This document shows, piece by piece, positions 14,001-25,111 of a stretch of DNA of 64,000 nt. The notes beneath the pieces were generated by a model. The model ran no database searches and was not told the origin of the DNA. It saw nothing but the letters and a program-made list of their open reading frames with translations. This stretch comes from Hypanus sabinus. Its lineage: Eukaryota. Made by a program: the position numbers and the translations under genes. The stretch covers positions 172,360,001-172,424,000 of the forward strand of contig NC_082709.1 of the NCBI RefSeq assembly GCF_030144855.1, given 5' to 3'. Each line of letters begins with the position of its first letter. The first letter of the stretch is position 1.

Positions 14001-14956
14001 CTATGTGATTGGCTGTCCATCATCTCTGACAGTGACAGTAAAAGCCAATGGTTACCTTTCCTGTCACTTTGCCCCTCCTCCATCGCCGCAGGACTTGAAG
14101 GTCGGGTTAAGTTGATGTGACCTTGTGGGAGAGTTTTTCAAGTGGAAAAGTCATTGCACTGGGGCTGGTCCACTCTCTCAACCTTGGAAGTCCTGTTTTG
14201 GAGGTATGAGTAGTCGTCACAAACTGGGATTTTCCTTGGTGGCTGTGGATGACCATGACATCTTCATCGCCTTGCCATGACCTTCACTCTCCAAGAAGCG
14301 TCACAGACCCACCTTCCTGGCCATTGGATCTTGCTGTTGATCTCGCCGGAGCAGAGTTCCCATGCTGGGACAAGCATGTCCCTACCTCGCTGAGGTATTG
14401 AGGTCCACCAGTTAACCTCACCTGGTTTAGCCCACCTGTCGAAGTGGTGTACTGGGCTGTGGCCACTGTCACAGTTACTTAGAGCCTCAGGTGAGAGCTG
14501 TGTGTCCACAGGGGGACAAAGGTGAGAGAGCTGCACGAGAATGGACATGACAAGTCCTTCACCAGAGGTGCTACCCTCTCCTGGACACATCCCGAGCTTA
14601 TATATTTATTAGGCTATGTAAATGTATGTAAAAATTAATAACTTAATACAAATTAAGTGGCTGTTGACCACATGACATAATTTATACAAGTTGATACTAT
14701 TGGTAGGATGTAATATACAAACCTTCTCTTTTATTCTCGACATAGTTTCCTACCTTACTACAAAGTGGTACATATAGCTGGAAGTGTCTCTTGGCTTGTC
14801 ATAAAACAAGCCAAAAGATCTGGTGCTTTTACTTTGAAGTGAAGCATGGAGTTGCCATGGTAACCTTGCTCAATATTTGCTCCTCAATCAGCATGACTAA
14901 ATCAGGTTACCTAGTCATTATCACATTCATATTTGTGAGATGCAAATTGGCTGTCA

Positions 14957-16005
14957 TAGAAACATAGAAAATAGGTTCAGGAGTAGGCCATTCGGCCCTC
15001 CAAGCCTGCACCGTCATTCAGTATGATCATGGCTGATCATCCAACTCAGAACCCTGTTCTTGCTTTCTCTCCATACCCCCTGATCCCTTTAGCCACAAGG
15101 GCCATATCTAACTCCCTCTTAAATATAGCCAATGAACCAGCCTCAATTGTTTCCTGTGACAGAGAATTCCACAGATTCACCACTCTCTGTGTGAAGAAGT
15201 TTTTCCTCCTCTCAGTCCTAAAAGGCTTCCCCTTTATCCTTAAACTGTGACCCCTCGTTCTGGACTTCCCCAACATCGGAAACAATCTTCCTGCATCTAG
15301 CCTGTCCAATCCCTTTAGAATTTTATACGTTTCAATAAGATCCCCCCTCAATCTTCTAAATTCCAGTGAGTATAAGCCTAGTCGATACAGTCTTTCTTCA
15401 TCTGAAAGTCCTGCCATCCCAGGAATCAATCTGGTGAACCTTCTCTGTACTCCCTCTATGGCAAGAATGTCTTTCCTCAGATTAGGGGACCAAAACTGCA
15501 CACAATACTCTAGGTGCGGTCTCACCAAGGCCTTGTACAACTGCAGTAGAACCTCCCTGCTCCTGTATTCGAATCCTTTTGCTATGAATGCCAACATACC
15601 ATTTGCCTTTTTCACCGCCTGCTGTACCTGCATGCCCACCTTCAATGACTGGTGTACAATGATACCCAGGTCTCGTTGCACCTCCCCTTTTCCTAATCGG
15701 CCACTGTTCAGCTAATAATCTGTTTTCCTGTTCTTGCAACCAAAGTGGATAACTTCACATTTATCCACATTAAATTGCATCTGCCATGAATTTGCCCACT
15801 CACCTAACCTATCCAAGTCACCCTGCATCCTCTTAGCATCCTCCTCACAGCCAACACCGCCGCCCAGCTTCGTGTCATCCGTAAACTTGGAGATGCTGCA
15901 TTTAATTCCCTCTTCTAATTCATTAATATATATTGTAAAAAACTGGAGTCCCAGCACTGAGCCTTGCGGTACCCCAACTAGTCGCTGTCTGCCATTCTGA
16001 AAATT
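14957..16005 (-). mobile_element. CR1 LINE, 5'-truncated (RT C-terminal half and 3' UTR)
   Basis: ORFs 15712..15957 and 15046..15681: KFTDDTKLGG, QFNVDKCEVIHFG, RPHLEYCVQFWSP. (catagaaa)n tail. Confidence 0.95.
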
Positions 16006-18368
16006 CTAATCCTGTCATGTTTCCAACTATACAGAATCTTCATGCATGTACAGAGAGTGGACTAGCCACTTGGGCCTTTTGTCTACACTGTCATTCATTA
16101 ATATCATGATTAATGTCAATCTTCTACCTTAACACTATTTCCAGTATTATCCTTGTATACCCTGAATCCATTAATAGACAGAAATCATTCCAGCTTTGAA
16201 TTCAATGATTGAATTCTTACAACCTTCAGATGGAGAGATATCCAAAGAGTCATCACGCTTTGCCCGAGGATATTTCTCCTCATGTCAGTCCCAAATAGCC
16301 TGCTCTTTATTCTGAGAGAAATTCTCCTTTTTCTCGACTCCACATCCAGAGGAAATATTCTCTCTGAAGGCAGTCTGGTGACCTCTGTCAGAAATCTTTG
16401 TTGAGATCTAGACAAAACTTTAGAGAATACAGTTCCAGCCAAATTCCCACAAGGCGAACCCACCAAACCTGGACCCAATTCTAATGAATCTTCACTGCAC
16501 TCACAGAATAACAAGTACAAACCTGGGTAACAAAAGGATTCTTTTTTTGACAGATGTCCAGAGTCAATTTTGCATATAAGCCAGGAAATATATAAAAATC
16601 ACTCAGTATGGTGACCATACCTCCACAGATGTGAATGATATCAAAAGCACATCATACAGATAAAAAAAAATTTCTACCGAAAGAACACAAAAAAACTATG
16701 AAATATAGCAACTTTTCCTCGGACGGAAATGGATAATGTGAGAGGGCATTATTTCACGGTGATCGGAGGAAAGGCGGAGTCCAGCGTGACGGGCGTGTAT
16801 CGAGCACCCTGCTGGAGCAGTGGTAGGGGCAGGTACACCAGGGAGATTTAAAAGACACTTGGAGAGGCTCATGGTTGAGAAAAACATGGGAGCTATGTGG
16901 GTGGGAAGCATTCTACTGATCTTGGATTCAAGGTAGCTTAGTGGCTAGTACAACTTTTTGCAGTACCAGCGACCCAGATTTAATTCTGGCCGTAGCCTGT
17001 AAGGAGTTTGTACATTTCCCCATGACCGTGTGGGTTTCCTCCCACAGTCCAAAGACATACTAGTTGGTAGGTAAATTGGTCCTGGGTAGGTCTGTAGTCT
17101 AATGTAGTTTTTTCTGTGCTGTCTTTTTAAGTAGTTCAGTCTAGTTTTTGTACTGTGTCATGTAACACCATGGTCCTGAAAAACATTGTCTCATTTTTAC
17201 TATGCACTGTACCGGCAGTTATGGTCAAAGTGACAATAAAAGTGACTTGACTTGATTTGACATTGTAAATTATCATGTGATCAGGCCAGGATTAAATTGG
17301 GTGGACTGCTGAGCGGTGTGTCTCAAATAGGCTGGAAGGGCCTAGTCCATGCTGAACCTCAATAAATAAATTTGTGGGCAACATTGTGGGCCAAAGTGCC
17401 TGCACTGTCTGCTATGCTCTATGTATAAAACCTACGTTTAAACAATTTTTAAAGATCTTCAAAGATTTGGCAAGGTAACATTTCTGGCTAAGGAAATACA
17501 TGGACAGGCTAAGGCCTATCCAGTGCTGTACATTTAATGATCTAAGTCCTGTGGATGATATTCAAATGTTACTTTGACTTGGCCATTTGGAGAAACATTA
17601 AAAAAAATTCTACAGACCAGTTATCATTAATGACCTCTCATAGAACGAAGTCTGACCCCAGAGTGACGTAGCTGATTCTGTGAATTAAATAGCTGCAGAA
17701 ACAAGTACAGCCCGAAAGGAGTATAGTTGGATTAGCGTAATTAATATCAGTCTAAAACTAATCGTGCCTTTGATCTGTCTGGATCTGTGTAAGGTTTTAT
17801 AAGCACGCCCAACACGTGGACAAAAATATCCATTCATTCATTTGTACACAATATTCCAATTGGAAATTTTCAAATTATTAGTGTTTATTTGTTTTTTGTC
17901 TGATTCTCATTTGGATTTAAATGCTGTGGGTTACAATGACAATAATGCGATAGCTGGGAGCTACAGTAATTACAAAGATTACAGGAGCTGAACTCTGCAC
18001 TAGTAACTCCCAGTGAGACCTGAAGTGTTCAGTCCCTCAAGTCAGACTAAATGAAAACCACATTCCTTTGTCTCCAGACTTCGCATATCTAGGCCTGTTA
18101 CTAATTATTAGATAAAATCTACTTCAGAAACTAACCTTCTATGTAATAAAAGGCATTGAATCCAGCCATGAAATGCGACAATGTTAGCACTATTTGCGTT
18201 TCACAGGAAAGCTCATATTGGAAAGATAATAAAAGGCCTTGCATAGAAAACAGAATCATTATTTTTTATTTAAAAATGCAGGAATGACTGGAAGAAGGGA
18301 AAATAATTAAGAAGCCTTTTTTAATCCTAATTTGTAGCAATTAAAAAATATCATTAGTCCTTGTCAGG

Positions 18369-18746
18369 AACACACACATAGTGCTGGTGGAACTCAATAG
18401 GTCAGGCAGCATCTCTGGAAAGGAATAAAAAGTCGATGTTTCAAGCTGAAATCCTTCATCAGGACCTGTTGTCTAGAAAGAAGCGATGGGCTTTGAGGCC
18501 TTCTTGAGGAGAGATCTGAGTGTATAGGGACTGGACATTCATGGTGAAATTGAGGCGATTGGATCAAGTTGCTGAAGAGAGTATGTGAAGCGTCATGGAC
18601 GTAGGTGGGGAAGGACTGAACCAAGGGGGATCTTTGCCTAAAATGTCAACTCTATTCCTTTCCATGGATGCGTCTGACCTGGTAGCTCTTCCGGCATTTT
18701 GTATGTGTTACACTGGGTTTCCAGCATCCGCAGAATCTCTTGTGTT
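18369..18746 (-). mobile_element. Internally deleted Penelope-like element (inverted tail, RT fragment, hammerhead and tail)
   Basis: RT fragment VQSFPTYVHDASH.. at ~18466-18630, flanked by oppositely oriented pLTR tails. Confidence 0.8.
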
Positions 18747-21509
18747 TACTAGTCGTTGATAGTTCAGGTAGTGTTGTTGTACCTAGAGGATGTTTTATCA
18801 CTTTGGACTATCATGCCACCTTATGATCATGCATAGATTCACCGAGCAACACACGCAAAATGCTGGCAGGCTCAGCAGCTCGGGCAGCATCCATGGAGAA
18901 GAATAAACAGTCGATGTCTTGGGCCGAGACTCTTCTTCAGGACTGGAGAGGAAGGGGATTTACTGAGGTGATTTTAATCCAGTCTCTTGCTTACCCTATA
19001 CAAGGCTGTGATTGAATACACCACTGAGATTCAAGTTTATTTATCAAGTGTACAGTGAAATGTACTGTTTGTGTTATCGACTAACCTACCCAAGGGTGCT
19101 CTGGGTCAGCCTGCAAGTGTCGCCTCTCATTCTGGCGCCGAAACAATGCTTGGCAGAACAACACAAAAAAGCAACCAATCAACAACAGGAAAACAAGGCC
19201 CATTCCTCCGTCTGACCCACACACATCCTTTCACCCCAAGTAAGGCCGTCCTTCCTCATTGACCTCCAGTCCCCAGCTTGAAATCGAACTTGCAGATATT
19301 GACCTTCCACTTCCCCAGCACACTTGAAGAGATTTGCAGACTCGGTTCCTCTCAATGGGCCCTCAACTTCCAAACTTCCAACTCACTCCTCATACCCCGA
19401 TCCTCCGGCATCAACCCCAAGGACCTCCCAGTCACCAAACACTAGGCCTCAAACTCCAGGCTCGTCGAAGACGAGGCTCTGAACTCTAAGCCTCACCCTC
19501 GAATCTCACCGATTTGCAAAGCTGTGGGGTTATTGGAACACGTTGGTCCTGCCCACAGAGGCATCCAGAGCTAAATTCTGCACCAAACTCACTTGTGGTT
19601 TGTCAAGCAGCCATTACTTGACCATTCTACCCTTTCAGAAATACACTTACCTTACAAAGCAAACACTGTAAGAAACTCAGAAAACTAAGAAGCTCTGTTC
19701 CCTCATTTTAATTTTCCTTATATTTAACGTGGTGCAGATTTGTCTATCGTCGCCACTTGTGCTTTCTGAGCCGAGAAGGTGTGCTGGCAGTGGAACTAGA
19801 GCTTCATCACTGGTAGATATTAACTTTGAAAAGGTTTAACACACTTGGGCAATGATGGGGTTAAAGTGAAACTCTGTCTGAACTGCCTTCCACATACAAG
19901 ACAGCAATCTAATCTGGATCCCATTTTGCTGGCTCTGATTTTTTTTTCTCGCAACTGTTCGCCACACTAATAGAGCTGAGGGCAAAAGGAAACATTTATA
20001 CCAGAAAGTGTATAAAACCTCAGGGGTGAAGGGTCAGTGATTACAGGAAATGCGGCCAAAAGCATTGTGTGCAGTTGAGGAATGAGGGGCAAGAGGTTTC
20101 TATTTCAGGCCACAGGATGCGAGATGTTAACAAGTGAGAAAGGAACAATGTAAATCTTTGGTGAAACTAAACCTCGCTTCACCTCTGACCCGGACATAAA
20201 TATTGCAGCTATCAGTTTTAATAAATAATGGTTTAGTTATTGTTTAAAAGACCACCCATCACTAAAGTATAAATACCATTGAATTACTTAAATTAATGTG
20301 TTGGAAGTGTTCACTGCATTTAGCTAAATAAATTTTACTGTAAATTTAGCAAGTACTTTTGCGGTTAGGTTATGTATTGTTCCCTCTTTACAGCCCGAAG
20401 TACACATGGTCACCATCTGTACAACGTGTTGTATAATCTCCGTCAGAGAAACATAAGAAGTCAAAATAGAATAAATCCCTTTTACCATTGCAAGCCCAGT
20501 GGTTTATTTAACTCTCCCCTCCTGCACCCCCCCCCCCCCCGGGTGGTACCAGGTCATGCAGCTCAGAAAGGTCCCCTGTCCCCCTGTCCATGCTGGGACG
20601 ATGCCTGGTCGGCACAGAATTAGCTGAACTCGTGGCAGCGAGGGGGCTCACTGCAGTGGAGTTCAGCACCCCAGCGTCAAATCATTGACTACGGCTGAGT
20701 GAGTGTGCTGGTCAAATTGTCCCAGCTGACACTGAGGGAGAGAAAGGGTTAGGTATTATCCCCTCAGTCAAATAAGCTGGCAGCATTCATTGCTCAGGAC
20801 CATGTCTCGAATAGGCACTTCTTCGGAGGGCACCTATCATCGAAGAAACTTGACAACTCTGAGAAAAAGAGATCACTGTAACTGTTGGTTTCTGGCAAGA
20901 CGGCACCAGAGAACAATGGCGACATCCTAAAAACAACTCACGGAACTCATAGATACCTTTCCCCTTCCGAAAACAATTCTTCTGAACTGCGATCGATTGT
21001 AACCTGGACTTTCCTCTTTAAGCCAACTGAACAGTCTGGGAGATTCAATGAGGATGAGAGCGGAAGGTGCGCCTAGATCGTCGGTGGGGGTGCACGCGAC
21101 GTCGGTTCCTAACAGCAGGGCACGAACCCGTGGTCGGCTCCATTGCTCCGCGCTGAGGACGCGAGCGGAAGATGATCAGCGGCGTCAGCCTGCGTTTGGC
21201 CAGTGGCTTCTCACTGGTGGCGGCAGGCGGAAGGTGCAGCTGGAGCAGCTGTTATCCTGCAGCCGCCAGGATTCACTCACCTCGGCCGCTCCATGCCTGT
21301 GGGCTCTCCTCTGGGGATCCTGCAGTTCGTGTTATTGGTCTACCTTTTATTGTTTGCATGATCTTTTCTCATTTTTCACACATTGGGTGTTGGTAGCGTT
21401 GTTGTGTGGGGATGTTCTTTAAGTGGGTCCTATTTCGTTGTTTTGTGGCTGTCTGCAAGAAGATGAATCGCAAGGTTGTATACTCTATACATACTCCGAA
21501 CTTTTAGTT

Positions 21510-21712
21510 CCTGCTGATGCTGGAAATATTGAGCAACACACACAAAGTGCTGCTGGAGCTTAGCAAGTCGGGCAGCATCTGCAGAGTGGAATAAACGGCT
21601 GATGTTTTGGCCCGTGACCTCTCGTCAGGACGAGGACCTAAAGATAGACAATTTCTTCCCCTGTGCAGACGCTGCCTGACTTGATGAGTTCATACAGCAT
21701 TTTGTCTGTATA
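21510..21712. mobile_element. Head-to-head pair of Penelope tails (hairpin-like remnant)
   Basis: Minus-strand tail and decayed hammerhead (21510-21630) joined to a plus-strand tail (21640-21712). Confidence 0.7.
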
Positions 21713-22013
21713 ACTGTAACAGCGTCCATTTCATAATATATGAAAGCTGAATTTGGAGAGACAGTGCTGCACGTAGTTTTCACTGTGCACTCTCTGATTA
21801 CATCCAATTTTACCCAATCTTATTGTATGTGATTTCCTGGCTCTCTCTTGCATGATCTGGCTTAGTACAACCTAACCCCCTCCAGCAAGAAAAAGAATCT
21901 CAGACATATTCTATGAATTTAATACCAAAAAATAGTTTTAAAAGTAGAAGTTTCCTTTTTAATATGGCTAACAGGAAACCATTAAGGTTTTCTCAGACAG
22001 GATTACAACCCCT

Positions 22014-22200
22014 AAACACAAGGGAATCTGCAGATGCTGGAAATCTTGAGCAACGCACAAAATGCTGGAGGAACTCAGCGGGTCAGACAGCATCTACGGA
22101 GGGGAATAAACTCTCGACGTTTCGGGCTGAGACCCTTCATTGGGACTAGGAAGGAAGGAGACAAAAACCAGAATAAGAAGCTGATGGGGGGGGGGGGAGG
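22014..22200 (-). mobile_element. Penelope pLTR/tail fragment
   Basis: aaacacaagggaatctgcagatgctggaaatc... with a decayed hammerhead. Related copy at 25361-25486. Confidence 0.8.
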
Positions 22201-22245
22201 GGGTCATAGATTTATAAACAACCAACACATTGCAAAAACGAGTAG

Positions 22246-23243
22246 AAAAAGAGTAGTGATTAACGGGTCCCTTTCGGAATGGCAGGCCATGACCAGTGGG
22301 GTACTGCAAGGTTCAGTGCTGGGACCGCAGCTGTTTACAATACACATTAATGATTTAGATGAAGGGATTAAAAGTAACATTAGCAAATTTGCTGATGACA
22401 AAGCTGGGTGGCAGTGTGAAATGTGAGGAGGATGTTATGAGAATGCAGGGTGACTTGGACAGGTTGGGTGAGTGGGCAAATGTATGGCAGATGCAGTTTA
22501 GTGTGGATAAATGTGAGGTTATCCACTTTGGTGGCAAGAACAGGAAGGCAGATTACTATCTAAATGGAGTCAAGTTAGGAAAAGGGGAAGTACAACGAGA
22601 TCTAGATGTTCTTGTACATCAGTCATTGAAAGCAAGCATGCAGGTACAGCAGGCAGTAAAGAAAGCTAATGGCATGCTGGCTTTTCTAACAAGAGGAATT
22701 GAGTATAGGAGTAACAAGGTCCTTCTGCAGCTGTACAGGGCCTTGGTGAGACCCCACCTAGAGTATTGTGTGCAGTTTTGGTCTCCAAATTTGAGGAAGG
22801 ACATTCTTGCTATTGAGGGAGTGCAGCATAGGTTCACAAGGTTAATTCCCGGAATGGTGGGACTGTCATATGTTGAAAGATTGGAGCAACTGGGCTTGTA
22901 CTCACTGGAATTTAGGATGAGAGGGGATCTGATTGAAACATATAAGATTATTAAGGGATTGGACACACTGGAGGCAGGAAGCATGGTCCTCTGATGGGTG
23001 AGTCCAGAACTAGAGGCCACAGTTTAAGAATAAGGGGTAGGCCATTTATAACAGAGATGCGGAAAAACTTTTTCACCCAGAGTGGTGGATATGAGGAATG
23101 CTCTGCCCCAGAAGGCAGTGGAGGCCAAGTCTCTGGATGCATTCAAGAGAGAGTTAGATAGAGCTCTTCTAGATAGTGGGGTCAAGGGATATGGGGAGAG
23201 GGCAGGAACGGGGTACTGATTGTGTATGATCAGCCATGATCAC
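22246..23243 (+). mobile_element. CR1 LINE, 5'-truncated
   Basis: SGVLQGSVLGP, FADD, RPHLEYCVQFWSP. ctattgtctatt tail. Confidence 0.95.
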
Positions 23244-23524
23244 TGTGAATGGCAGTGCTGGCTAGAAGGGCTGAATGGCCTACTCCTCCACCTATTGTCT
23301 ATTAAAAATAAATATTATTACCTCAGCAACTGAGAATGCAGCAACTGGTTACTATACAGATATTTAACAAGGACACTTGATTGTCTCTCTGACAGATTAG
23401 GCAAGAGCATGACTTAGACTTCAGAAAAGGGATTCTCCCTTCTTAGTTACAAAGAAAGCAACTACATCCTTGTGAACCAAAGTCCACCAGATGAGTAGCT
23501 CAGTTCGAGATAAACAGGGCTGCA

Positions 23525-23538
23525 CCGCCATCTAGTGG
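23525..23538 (-). promoter_or_regulatory. CTCF core motif CCACTAGATGGCGG
   Basis: Near-consensus CTCF core in non-repetitive sequence, preceded on the minus strand by CTGCGATC, which resembles the upstream module. Confidence 0.65.
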
Positions 23539-24594
23539 CCAGATCGCAGTAGGGTTCTGATTGACAGAGAGCTGCACCGACACCCACACAGTTAAAGACA
23601 AAAATATTTGCTGCACTTTCAAACATTGAAACATGCAGCAAAATGTGTCATTTGTGGCAAATCAAATCAGTGAGGATGGTGCTAGGCAGCCCTCAAGTGT
23701 CACCATGCTTCCAACAACAGCATAGCATGCCCACAGCTCACTAATCCTAAGCAGTCTTTGTAACGTGGGAAAAAACTGGAGCACGCAGAGGAAACCCACA
23801 GGGTCACAGAGAGAACGTATAAACTCCGTACGGAATTCCACCCCGACTGGAGAGCACTACAGCTGTAAAGCTACACGCTAACTACAACACTACCGTGCCA
23901 CTCAGTTACACAAAGGTCTTCTCAAAAACCATTTGCAACTCAGCCCTAGCGCCTGATTAGTCTTAGGCTCCCTTGCACTTCAACAGTCACTGAATCAACC
24001 TGCAAGTCTAGATCTTGCTCCACTCCCCAAACTAGTGATTTAGGACCTGGGTTTATTTCTCATTTATGTGCTACCATCCGCAGCGGACTTCGAGGCCAGC
24101 GTTTGAATCCCGGGTTCAAACCCAGCCGGCTCCTTGCAAGCTTTCCATCCATACCGGGTTGAGCGTCGAGCCTCGGGAAACACACAGATGCCAACAGAAA
24201 CGGCAAGGTGTGCCCGAAGTTCCACAAGCCGTGGAAGGGAACGACAACAACGACTGTCATTGTCCCTACCTGCCTCAGTGTGTTTCTTCACTCTGAGGTT
24301 TGAGGGTTAAGTAGTGCTTCAGAAACTCCAGCACAGTATCAAGGCTGGGCCAATGAATGCTGTGGGAAGGCAGCACCATTGGGTCAGATGCTAAATTGAA
24401 CCCCTTTCTCTTCTCATCTCAACTCCCATCTCGCTATTTTATACTCCAGGTCAATATTTATCTCCCAGTTGCCATTACCAAAAGAGGTTGTCTAGGCGTT
24501 ATCACATTACAAGAGTGATGTTCCCAACTTTACCAAAGTGATGACACTTCACAGATACTCCCAGCTGCCATTTGCAGTGTATATTTTCTGTATA

Positions 24595-25111
24595 CAACCC
24601 GTGCAAAAGTCTGAGCCACATATATATCAATAAGACCTTTGCACAGTACTGTAGCAACTTTATGTATTGCACTGTACGGCTGCCACACAAAAAAACAAAT
24701 TTCAACACGTATGTGAGTGACGATAAACTTGATTCTGATATGGGTCCCCATTGTCGACAGAGAGAGGGAAAAAGGCAGGGAGAAGGGAATCGTGGCTGGG
24801 AAAGGGGAGGGAGTGGGAAGCACCTGAGAGACATTCTGGAATGATCAATAAACCAATCGTTTGGAATTAAATTACCTTGCCTGGTGTCTCAGGGCTGTAT
24901 GTATCTGCATCCGCGTCACACCCTGCCCTTGGCATCCCTTCTCTGCCACCTGTCTCACACCCCCCACACCCGCGGCACACCATCCTCACCATTCCCAACG
25001 TTCTTTGCCCCGCCAGATTTACGAACTCGCTCTCCCCTCCAATACAGTACTGTGCAAAAGTCTTGAGCACTTTAGTTATATAAATATCTGCCTGAATTTT
25101 GCACAGTACTG
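24595..25111 (+). mobile_element. Composite element: two Tc1/mariner-type mini-MITEs flanking cargo (copy 1)
   Basis: Mini-MITEs at 24595-24651 and 25045-25111 with TIR CAGTACTGTGCAAAAGTC, each TA-flanked. Confidence 0.82.

Noticed and set aside
20720-20782. Imperfect hairpin (actgaggga / tcccctcagt) as a candidate pre-miRNA
   Set aside because: The stem is short and bulged, and I do not recognise a miRNA family.
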